A stretch of 26,113 nt of DNA from a virus. The stretch's first letter is position 1, and the number at the start of each line of letters is the position of its first letter. The notes under the pieces are model-generated. The model worked only from the letters and a program-made list of their open reading frames with translations. It was not told the DNA's origin and did not search any database. A program made the position numbers and the translations under genes. The stretch is from the IMG/VR virus record IMGVR_UViG_2534681901_000004, positions 1 through 26,113 of that record; one strand, given 5' to 3'. Positions 1 to 7,166 of the stretch are shown here, piece by piece.

Positions 1-351
1 TTGTCTGACGAGCCCGCTGTCAGCCCGGAGGACGCCCTCGAGGTTGCCCAACGCGCCCTCGCAAAAGTTCAGGACCTCGAGGAGTGCGTCGCGAAACTCG
101 AAGCGTTGCACGAGGATTCCATCGACGAGGCCGCCGACTACGACGATCGCGACGCGGCCGTGATCGAACACCTCGAGCCAGGGGAGCCGGTCAAGGTCAC
201 CCGACTCCACAAGCTGTACCGTCGTCACACCGATATTCGGGCTGACGATACGCTCAAGAAACGGGTCCGCGGTCTCGTCGCGGGTCCGGACTTCCGGATC
301 GCGCGTGCCGGCGAGATCCTCTACGATCCCGATGGAGGTGAGCAGCGGTGA
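1..351 (+). CDS. Hypothetical protein, N-terminal coiled coil plus possible C-terminal winged helix; may be 5'-truncated
   Basis: TTG at window position 1 may not be the real start. Acidic haloarchaeal composition; heptad-like ALEVAQRALAKVQDLEECVAKLEAL; GTGA overlap with the next gene at 348-351. Confidence 0.7.
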   Translation: MSDEPAVSPEDALEVAQRALAKVQDLEECVAKLEALHEDSIDEAADYDDRDAAVIEHLEPGEPVKVTRLHKLYRRHTDIRADDTLKKRVRGLVAGPDFRIARAGEILYDPDGGEQR

Positions 352-944
352 CTGACGACTACGCCGACGCCCGGCACGCCGACGAGTCGCTCGACGAGGA
401 CGCGGCCAACGACGTCGCCTTCCGGAAACTCATCTACGGCCTCGCCGGTGACGAGATCGACCCGACCGAGTGCGGACCTGTCGAGGCCGCCCAGCGCGCC
501 GTCGATCGCGTCGAGGGTCTCGAGGAAGAGAACGAGCAGCTCCGCCAGCGCGTGGTCGAACTTCGCGACCAGGTCAACAAGATGAACCAGGCGGCCGATC
601 TGTACCAGTCGGTTGCCCGGAAGAGCGCCGCGAAGCGCGACCAGCAGGCCGCGATCGTGCTGAAGCACGCGGCGAGAGTCACCGGCGGAGCGACTGGTCG
701 CGAAGAGTACGACGGCGGTCGCATTCAGGACGTCCTCGAGGCTGCCGATGTCGATATCCACCGGACGAACACCTACGACGTCATGGAGAAGGCCGAGGAG
801 TTGGTCGGTGACAAGAGCATCTGCCGGTTCCAGAAAGAGTCTCGCTCGAGTTCACAGAACACGCGTCTGATCGTCAAGTCGCCGACCGAACTCCCGGAGA
901 CGGTTGCCGGCGTCCGGATCCACGAGGGGGTGTTGTCGGGGTGA
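348..944 (+). CDS. Coiled-coil protein with probable C-terminal winged-helix DNA-binding domain (candidate initiator/loader)
   Basis: SD GGAGGTGA at 334-341 before GTG 348; coiled coil RVEGLEEENEQLRQRVVELRDQVNKM; helix-helix-wing pattern GRIQDVLEAADVDIHRTNTYDVMEKAEEL...CRFQKE..NTRLIV. Function is inferred from its position before the MCM gene. Confidence 0.75.
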   Translation: MTDDYADARHADESLDEDAANDVAFRKLIYGLAGDEIDPTECGPVEAAQRAVDRVEGLEEENEQLRQRVVELRDQVNKMNQAADLYQSVARKSAAKRDQQAAIVLKHAARVTGGATGREEYDGGRIQDVLEAADVDIHRTNTYDVMEKAEELVGDKSICRFQKESRSSSQNTRLIVKSPTELPETVAGVRIHEGVLSG

Positions 945-1200
945 ACACCTGTTGCAGAGGTGTTGCGGTTACACAACACCTCATGAGGGGGCCCCCGCCC
1001 CCAGGACCGTTCTGAGTACAAGGACGGTTGAATTGGGAGAAAATCCCCTGAAGTAATTCAAGAAAGCAAATGTCGATTAGTCAACGGTACGCTCGCACAT
1101 CGCTCGCATCGCTCGCAGTCGAACGACGCAACACCGCTCGTTCGGTGTTGTGTAGTCTACACACCTCCACAACTCTGGTCCAACAGAGGTGGATCGCATA
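945..1200. other. Candidate replication origin / regulatory region upstream of MCM
   Basis: Inverted repeats GAGGTGTTG 957-965/CAACACCTC 974-982 and CAACACCG 1129-1136/CGGTGTTG 1143-1150; palindromes CCTCATGAGG 979-988 and TGTGTAG-T-CTACACA 1149-1163; A-rich tract ~1030-1085; three CGCTCGCA direct repeats. Confidence 0.5.
1090..1117 (+). repeat. Three direct copies of CGCTCGCA (iteron-like)
   Basis: CGCTCGCA at 1090-1097, 1101-1108 and 1110-1117; a partial CGCTCG at 1135-1140. Confidence 0.85.
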
Positions 1201-3303
1201 ATGTCGGCCTCGTCAGACGCTGCAAACGCGGAACTCGTGGATTCGTTCCAGGAGTTCTTCCGCGACTACTACGACGATGAGATCCGGACGCTTGCCCAGC
1301 ACTATCCGAACGAGCAGCGGTCCCTCGAGGTCGACTGGGAGGACCTCTTCCGGTTCGATCCCGATCTCGCGGATGACTACCTCGGCCAGCCGGAACAGCT
1401 CCAGCGGTACGCCGAAGAAGCGCTCCGGCTGTACGACCTCCCGATCGACGTCTCGCTCGGGAACGCACACGTCCGCGTGTACAATCTGAACGGGACTGAC
1501 TCGTTCTACCCGGGGTGGTTCTCCCCGACAAAGCGACACAAGAAGACTCCCCTCCTCACGGTCGAAGGGCAGGTCGAGAAGGCCACCGACGTCGACCCGA
1601 AGATCGAGGAAGCCGCCTTCGAGTGCCAGCTCTGTGGATCGCTCACCCGAGTCCCGCAGTCGGGGACGAGCGACGACTTCCAGGAACCCCACGAGTGTCA
1701 GGGCTGCGAGCGACAGGGACCGTTCCGCATCAACTTCGACCAGTCGGAGTTCGTCGACGCGCAACTGCTCCGACTCGCCGAGCCTCCGGAAGTGATCGGC
1801 GGTGGCGACGGGACCAAGATCGACATCGCCGTAGAAGACGATCTCTGCGATCAGGCCGAACCTGGCGACCGCGTCAGCGTCACCGGCCGCCTCCGGCTGC
1901 AGCAGGAGGGGTCAAACAACAAGAAGAGCGCCCGGTTCAAGCCCTACCTCGAGGGTCACCACATCGAGATCTCCGACACCGACTTCGAGGACCTCGAGAT
2001 CACCGAGGAGGACAAGCAAGAGATCGAGGCGATCGCGAACGGAGAGTACGGCCCTCTGTTCGAGGTCGTCCTCGCCAGTATCGCACCCGACCTCACCGGG
2101 GAGAAATACGAACTCATCAAGGAGGGCATCTTCCTGATGCTGATCGGCGGCGCGACCGTCGAACTCGATAACGGCCGCGAGGTCCGGGGCGTCTTCCACA
2201 TGCTCCTGATCGGCGACGCCTCAACCGGGAAGTCGACGCTGCTCCGCGAGGCGAAACAGATCGCGCCGCGGTCGGTCTTCGCGAACGGCAAGGGCGCGAC
2301 CGAGGCCGGGATGACCGCCACCGCGAAGCAGGACGACTGGGCGGACGGCGAGTGGACGCTCGACGCCGGCGCACTCGTCCAGGCGAACAACGGCCTCGCG
2401 TGCATCGACGAGATCGACAAGGTCCGCGAAGACGTCCAGGACTCGATGCACGGCGCGATGGCCGACATGAAGGTCGACGTCAACAAGGCCGGGATCAACA
2501 CGACGCTCCCGTCGGAGACGTCGGTGTTCGCCGGCGGGAACCCGAAACACGACCGGTGGGACGACTACGTCGCCGACAGCGAGCAGATCGACCTGAGCGA
2601 GACGCTCCTCTCCCGGTTCGCGCTCATCTTCAAGCTGCAGGACAAGCCCGACGAAGAGACGGACCGAGAGAAGGCCGAACACGTCCTCGAGACGAAAGAG
2701 GCGGCGAAAGCCAAACGCGCCGGCGAGGCGGACGGCACCGATGACGACGATCGCGTGATCGACCACGACCTCCTGCGGAAGTACGTCGCCTATGTGCGAC
2801 AGCTCCCCGACCCGCGCTTCCGGACCGAGGAGATGCGGAACAAACTCCGGGACGCCTACGTCCGGATGCGGGGCGTCAACGGCTACGACGAGGACGCGCC
2901 GGTACCGATCACGCTGCGGAAGCTTCAGGATATGCACCGGATCGCCGAGGCGAGCGCCCGGGCCCGCCTCTCGCAGTGGATCGAAGAGGAGGACATCATG
3001 CGCGCGAAGCGCCTCGTCGGCGAGTCCCTCCAGGACTACGGAATGAACGAGGACGGCGAGTTCGACGCCGACATCGTCGAGGCGAACTCCTCGAAGCCCC
3101 AGCGCGACCGAGTCAAGAACGTCAAGGCCGTCATCCGAGAGCTGCAAGCCGGCAAAGCCGGTGGCGTCCCCTACGAAGACGTCTTCGAGAAACTCGAGGA
3201 GATGGGCATCTCCCAGGAGAAGGCGAAACACGAGATCGAGAAGCTCAAACGGAAAGGCGACGCCTACGAGCCGAAGACGAACAAGGAGGTGCGGGTGACG
3301 TAG
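1201..3303 (+). CDS. mcm: MCM replicative helicase (700 aa from ATG 1201), no intein
   Basis: Zn finger CQLC...CQGC; Walker A GDASTGKS; Walker B IDEIDK; PS1 hairpin NKAGI; sensor-1 GGNP; Arg finger SRF; sensor-2 ITLRKL; C-terminal winged helix KAKHEIEKLKRKGDAYEP. ATG 1201 is preferred over GTG 1189. Confidence 0.97.
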   Translation: MSASSDAANAELVDSFQEFFRDYYDDEIRTLAQHYPNEQRSLEVDWEDLFRFDPDLADDYLGQPEQLQRYAEEALRLYDLPIDVSLGNAHVRVYNLNGTDSFYPGWFSPTKRHKKTPLLTVEGQVEKATDVDPKIEEAAFECQLCGSLTRVPQSGTSDDFQEPHECQGCERQGPFRINFDQSEFVDAQLLRLAEPPEVIGGGDGTKIDIAVEDDLCDQAEPGDRVSVTGRLRLQQEGSNNKKSARFKPYLEGHHIEISDTDFEDLEITEEDKQEIEAIANGEYGPLFEVVLASIAPDLTGEKYELIKEGIFLMLIGGATVELDNGREVRGVFHMLLIGDASTGKSTLLREAKQIAPRSVFANGKGATEAGMTATAKQDDWADGEWTLDAGALVQANNGLACIDEIDKVREDVQDSMHGAMADMKVDVNKAGINTTLPSETSVFAGGNPKHDRWDDYVADSEQIDLSETLLSRFALIFKLQDKPDEETDREKAEHVLETKEAAKAKRAGEADGTDDDDRVIDHDLLRKYVAYVRQLPDPRFRTEEMRNKLRDAYVRMRGVNGYDEDAPVPITLRKLQDMHRIAEASARARLSQWIEEEDIMRAKRLVGESLQDYGMNEDGEFDADIVEANSSKPQRDRVKNVKAVIRELQAGKAGGVPYEDVFEKLEEMGISQEKAKHEIEKLKRKGDAYEPKTNKEVRVT

Positions 3304-3726
3304 ATGGCCCGCTCCTCTACCACCCAGACGGAAGCAGAGCGGCGCAAGCGCTCGAAGGAAGTCTACGAAGCGCTCGTCCGTGCCGTCGACTACAACTCGG
3401 GTCGCAAACAGCCGCCGCTCGCGAAGAAGACGTCGGTCATCGGCACGCTCCACGGCGCCGGCTACGGCCGCTTCGGCCTCGAGGAACTCGACAAGGCGAT
3501 CACGGCCGCCTGTCGCAACGGCGATCTCTTCCGGGCCAAGGACGCCGACGGCGACGTTCGGCTGGGGATCAACGACGCTGAGAAACTGCTCGAGAAGGTC
3601 GAGTCGAACCTCTCGTGTTGCAACAATCCTCGAGGCGACATCATCGAACTGGCGAACAGGCAACTGGGGAAGCTGGGACACGGCCACTACACGAAGCAGT
3701 CCGCGGAGCGTGATCGCGATGACTGA
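3304..3726 (+). CDS. Hypothetical protein, possible winged-helix fold
   Basis: Abuts the MCM stop; GGGTGA SD-like site just upstream; helix-helix-hairpin pattern LEELDKAITAACRNGDLFRAKDADGDVRLG. Confidence 0.7.
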   Translation: MARSSTTQTEAERRKRSKEVYEALVRAVDYNSGRKQPPLAKKTSVIGTLHGAGYGRFGLEELDKAITAACRNGDLFRAKDADGDVRLGINDAEKLLEKVESNLSCCNNPRGDIIELANRQLGKLGHGHYTKQSAERDRDD

Positions 3727-3931
3727 CGCCGGGACTGAGCAGAGGGTCGAACTCCATCCTGTCCCCGGTGAGTCGACTGTCTGGGTGACAGGACACGTCG
3801 AAAGTGGCTTCGGGCGCTTTCAGCATATCGACGGGCACCGAATCGCAGAGGGATACGTACAGACGGGCACTGATCAGTCGGTCTCACAGTCTGAGAACTC
3901 TACGCGAAGCGGAGGGGGTGACGACTCGTGA
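3719..3931 (+). CDS. Small hypothetical protein (70 aa)
   Basis: ATG 3719 overlaps the end of the previous gene and its stop overlaps the GTG of the next gene. It is the C-terminal part of track ORF 3380..3931. Confidence 0.55.
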   Translation: MTDAGTEQRVELHPVPGESTVWVTGHVESGFGRFQHIDGHRIAEGYVQTGTDQSVSQSENSTRSGGGDDS

Positions 3932-4158
3932 CGACCGGCTACGTGGTCGATCTCGACAACGGTCACGACAGCTACTGCGTCGAGAGCCTCGTCGGCGTCA
4001 CCTACTGCGGCGAGACGTTCGACCCGACGGCCGTCGATCGCGAACTCTACGCGATCGATCGCGGCGAGGACCACCCGCATAATTATTTTTGCTTCGACTG
4101 CTCAAAGGCCGACTCGCGAAAGGTCCGTAGTTTGGCCCGGGGTGAGACCGATGCCTGA
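3928..4158 (+). CDS. Small Cys/His protein, probable zinc binder
   Basis: SD-like GGGGGTGA upstream; GHDSYC...TYCG...YFCFDC; overlaps both neighbours. Confidence 0.7.
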   Translation: MTTGYVVDLDNGHDSYCVESLVGVTYCGETFDPTAVDRELYAIDRGEDHPHNYFCFDCSKADSRKVRSLARGETDA

Positions 4159-4384
4159 CCAACAGTCTCGCCCCTTCAAAGATCTCTCGCCGAGCGCCAA
4201 GCTTGTCTACAAGGTGCTTGAGTACGAGGGCAAACTCACTCAACAGGAACTCCGCGAGGAAACACTCCTCTCCCAGCGGACGATCTACAATTCCATCCGT
4301 GACCTTGAAGAGATCAGCGCGATCGATAGTCACCCTTGCCGAGAGGATCTTCGCAAAACGGTCTACTATATGGACAATAGATGA
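4151..4384 (+). CDS. Small winged-helix transcriptional regulator (haloarchaeal MarR/TrmB-like), 77 aa
   Basis: DLSPSAKLVYKVLEYEGKLTQQELREETLLSQRTIYNSIRDLEE matches the common haloarchaeal LPPSAKLV..VL...LTQ..L.EET.L..RTV pattern; GGGTGA SD before ATG 4151. Confidence 0.85.
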   Translation: MPDQQSRPFKDLSPSAKLVYKVLEYEGKLTQQELREETLLSQRTIYNSIRDLEEISAIDSHPCREDLRKTVYYMDNR

Positions 4385-4444
4385 TGATGGGAATATACTT
4401 CTCACCGTAAGATAATAGGCATTGAACAATAATTTGCCTATAAG

Positions 4445-5620
4445 ATGGAGAGCGGTTCTGAAAGGAATATTTCTATAGATCAGTCAGAAGAAAGGTGGGA
4501 TGTATTTTATGAAGAATTGTGTAGAAGGATTGATCATCAAATATCTGAGAACGCGAGGTTAGAAGATCAGGCGTTGTTCATTTTGCGGATAATCTTAGCG
4601 ACGATTGGACTTATTTTGACAGCCTTCTCAGTGGTAGCTTCCACAGGGAATGTTAACTCAGTATACTCGACTATTGATTCTACAGACATATATGACATTT
4701 CGAGCGGGATTGTAACCACATTACCTTATTTTAGTGATAGCCAAAGTGAGTTAGTAGCTGCTATTTTGGTCATCATTTTCATAGGCTATCTCATTAGATG
4801 TGTATTCTACCTGTTTATTCAGGTTCCGAGACATTCATATCAGGTTCTCCAACCAACTGTTTTGGAACCATCATCCGCCGCTCCAAAAATGGAAGTATAT
4901 TATAAAGAGGGTGTGGAAATGGTTAATATAAAACATTCTATCATAGAGGAGTACTCAGAATTGGCAGAATCTAATCAGAACAAAATTGAGTCTACCCGGT
5001 CCAGTTGGAAGGACTGCTATCAAGCTATCCGTAAAGGAACTATTAGCTTCGGGATTACCTTTATATTTCTAATTGCGATAGCAGTAATTCAGAATGCAAA
5101 TGTCACGCTCGTCCTACTTTTATTGTTTATTTGGTTCAATACAAGGAACATGGAGATATCTGATATAAGAGACCGAATAGAAGACCTATACATATATAAT
5201 GTCAAGATAGATGGGTCAACTGTTTTATTGCTCATAACAGCATATTTCCAATCATATGGTACTCCCACTCCTGTTCTTATGCGAAGGCACTGGCAATTCC
5301 TTTATTTGATTACTATAATTTCAACTAGTTTTGCTATTGTCTTCTATACTCGAGATATGGATTATGAACGAATAGAGCGGTATGCTAAGAGGTCGTATGT
5401 GATATCTGCGACCATCTTACTAGTGACTCTTGTTCTTAGTCTTGGAACTAGCCTTGAATATCAGCAAGATATTAGCCATATTGGTAATTTCTTAATCCTA
5501 TCGTTCGTAGTATTTATGCTTGAGTCTATCCTGACGATCATGATGGTGCCTATTTGGAAGGGGAACGAGTTTCTTTCCGAAAAAGTGTCTGAGATGACTG
5601 TTCCAGAATTCTCCAATTGA
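4445..5620 (+). CDS. AT-rich polytopic membrane protein (~8 TM); candidate defence or superinfection-exclusion moron
   Basis: About 8 hydrophobic segments by eye; GC 20/60 at 4501-4560 and 21/60 at 5221-5280 versus 37/60 at 2401-2460. The CDS is well supported; its function is inferred. Confidence 0.85.
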   Translation: MESGSERNISIDQSEERWDVFYEELCRRIDHQISENARLEDQALFILRIILATIGLILTAFSVVASTGNVNSVYSTIDSTDIYDISSGIVTTLPYFSDSQSELVAAILVIIFIGYLIRCVFYLFIQVPRHSYQVLQPTVLEPSSAAPKMEVYYKEGVEMVNIKHSIIEEYSELAESNQNKIESTRSSWKDCYQAIRKGTISFGITFIFLIAIAVIQNANVTLVLLLLFIWFNTRNMEISDIRDRIEDLYIYNVKIDGSTVLLLITAYFQSYGTPTPVLMRRHWQFLYLITIISTSFAIVFYTRDMDYERIERYAKRSYVISATILLVTLVLSLGTSLEYQQDISHIGNFLILSFVVFMLESILTIMMVPIWKGNEFLSEKVSEMTVPEFSN

Positions 5621-5729
5621 CTCCCTAGCTTGAAACAAAATGTCCCTAAGACACCGATATGCTTCCCAATTTGACACCCCCTGAACGAGAGGGCTGCAGA
5701 GAAGTAGAAGAAACTGCTACTTTCTCGCA

Positions 5730-5735
5730 TTTTAA
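5730..5735 (+). promoter_or_regulatory. Candidate archaeal TATA box (TTTTAA) for the downstream operon
   Basis: Fits the haloarchaeal TTTWWW consensus in an intergenic region; implies a start site near 5757-5762 and an ~88-nt leader to ATG 5848. Confidence 0.4.
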
Positions 5736-5847
5736 CCCCTACTACCAGTATATCTGATAGCAACGGTTGTCTCCTATCGCTCCCCGATCGAGGCAACGAC
5801 GACGTCGGGGGGTGGCCGACAGCCATCGGCTTCTCCGAGCGATCACC

Positions 5848-6390
5848 ATGTCCACCACAGCCCACACCATCGACGAGGTCCAGGGCCGCGACGAACCCGA
5901 CCGCGTCTTCCGACGCTACGTGTTCAACAACCCCGAGACATGCTCTAACTGCTTCTGTCGCATCAAGAGCGACCACCGACGCATCGCCTCCGGGACGGAA
6001 GGCCGCGACCTCGAGCCGAAGGTCACTCGGGCCGTGTCGGTCCGGGCCCACAAGACCGGTCCGGGCGAGATCGGCCCCGAAGGCCCACTCGAGGGCACTC
6101 GGCAGGTCGACAACACGGCGATCGCGAAGTACCCCGTCCGAACGGTCTGTGAGGACTGCGGGTCGATCGCTGGCCGGGCTGACTCGGATCCGCTGAGCCG
6201 TCGAAAGGCGCTCGCTCGTGCTGAAACACTCGCTGATCGACTCGCGGAGATCGGCGAACCGGTCCAACTGGATCTCCTGAAACACCTCGTGGGATACCTC
6301 AAGTCGCAAGAGGATCTCTCGAGCTACGACACGGAGTGTTTCGAGGCCGCGACCACGATCGCTGTTCGCGAGGCCCGCGATCGACGATGA
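5848..6390 (+). CDS. Hypothetical protein with two CxxC pairs (probable zinc binder), 180 aa
   Basis: CSNC and CEDC; CACCATG start context at 5844-5850; ATGA overlap with the next gene. Confidence 0.8.
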   Translation: MSTTAHTIDEVQGRDEPDRVFRRYVFNNPETCSNCFCRIKSDHRRIASGTEGRDLEPKVTRAVSVRAHKTGPGEIGPEGPLEGTRQVDNTAIAKYPVRTVCEDCGSIAGRADSDPLSRRKALARAETLADRLAEIGEPVQLDLLKHLVGYLKSQEDLSSYDTECFEAATTIAVREARDRR

Positions 6391-6575
6391 CCGTCCACCC
6401 GATCGAACCGGGGCTGCCCGTCGAGGTCCGCTTCGCCGGCCGTCGCCTCGAGGGCGTCGTCGACGAAGTCCGCTGGACGCCGACCTGGAACAACCCGCGC
6501 TCGGAGATCGTCGTCGACGCCGACGGCACGACGATCACGACGGGCCGGGCGAGCATCCAACCACTCACCAACTGA
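6387..6575 (+). CDS. Small beta-rich protein (62 aa), SH3/KOW-like pattern
   Basis: IEPGLPVEVRFAGRRLEGVVDEV resembles a G..V.V.....G.V..V small beta-barrel; ATGA overlap at 6387-6390. Confidence 0.65.
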   Translation: MTVHPIEPGLPVEVRFAGRRLEGVVDEVRWTPTWNNPRSEIVVDADGTTITTGRASIQPLTN

Positions 6576-6582
6576 TCCACCC

Positions 6583-6963
6583 ATGGAACCGAAAGATCCC
6601 GACGCACCGATCGATCCGTATAGCGAGTACGCCCTTTACGACGTCATCAACGGCGACCTCCCCGCCGGCGAGTCCACCGAGTACGAAGGTCTCCACCTTA
6701 TCTCGGGTGGCCCCAGCATCACCGTGCAACCGGACGGCCACGCCGGCTCGGTCGACACGATCGATCCCGGGGACTACGACGACGTCCTCGAGCTGGTCGA
6801 CGACCTGAACCGGCTGGTCCTCGAGTGGCGCGAACTATCGATCAACGGCACCGATGAGGACCTCATCGAGTGGGCCGGACCGTGGGTAACCTCGGACGAG
6901 TCGAAGGCCGACGACGACCACTGGCTCGTCGTTCCGGAGGACGTTCCTGAGGCCGGCGTCTGA
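6583..6963 (+). CDS. Acidic hypothetical protein (126 aa)
   Basis: Genome-typical codon usage and D/E richness; in operon context. Confidence 0.75.
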   Translation: MEPKDPDAPIDPYSEYALYDVINGDLPAGESTEYEGLHLISGGPSITVQPDGHAGSVDTIDPGDYDDVLELVDDLNRLVLEWRELSINGTDEDLIEWAGPWVTSDESKADDDHWLVVPEDVPEAGV

Positions 6964-6974
6964 CGGATCCTCCC

Positions 6975-7143
6975 CGATGACGTCCGGCGTCGCCCCCACC
7001 CCGTCGGACTGAGGGCCTTGTCATCGCTCCCGCCCGCTCCGGGACGGAGGCACCCGCCGACTACCAGACGTCCACGGGCCGTCCCGACCCGCGCCGGGAT
7101 CAGGCCGGGAAGGCCTCTCGCTGACACACCCGAGACCCGGCGC
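6975..7143 (+). ncRNA. Candidate structured RNA (leader or attenuator) ahead of the lysis/packaging operon
   Basis: Nested stems 6975-6981/7020-7026 and 6982-6989/7002-7009; three-way junction 7091-7098/7136-7143 enclosing 7103-7106/7112-7115 and 7116-7120/7131-7135. Folded by eye only. Confidence 0.35.
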
Positions 7144-7166
7144 ACCCCTTTTCATACTGACACACC

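Noticed and set aside
1090-1117. CRISPR-like or mini-array reading of the short repeats (also 7776-7820)
   Set aside because: Repeats are too short or too few, spacers are 1-13 nt, and there are no cas genes.
2221-3687. Long minus-strand and off-frame ORFs (also 12688..14352, 14794..16014, 19636..20556 and many Arg/Ser/Pro-rich ones)
   Set aside because: Shadows of GC-rich, acidic-codon genes on the plus strand; no recognisable motifs and atypical composition.
7099-7120. CAGGCCGGGAAGG resembles the SRP RNA helix-8 motif
   Set aside because: The AGCA side of the conserved internal loop is absent and there is no room for the rest of an SRP RNA; treated as coincidence.
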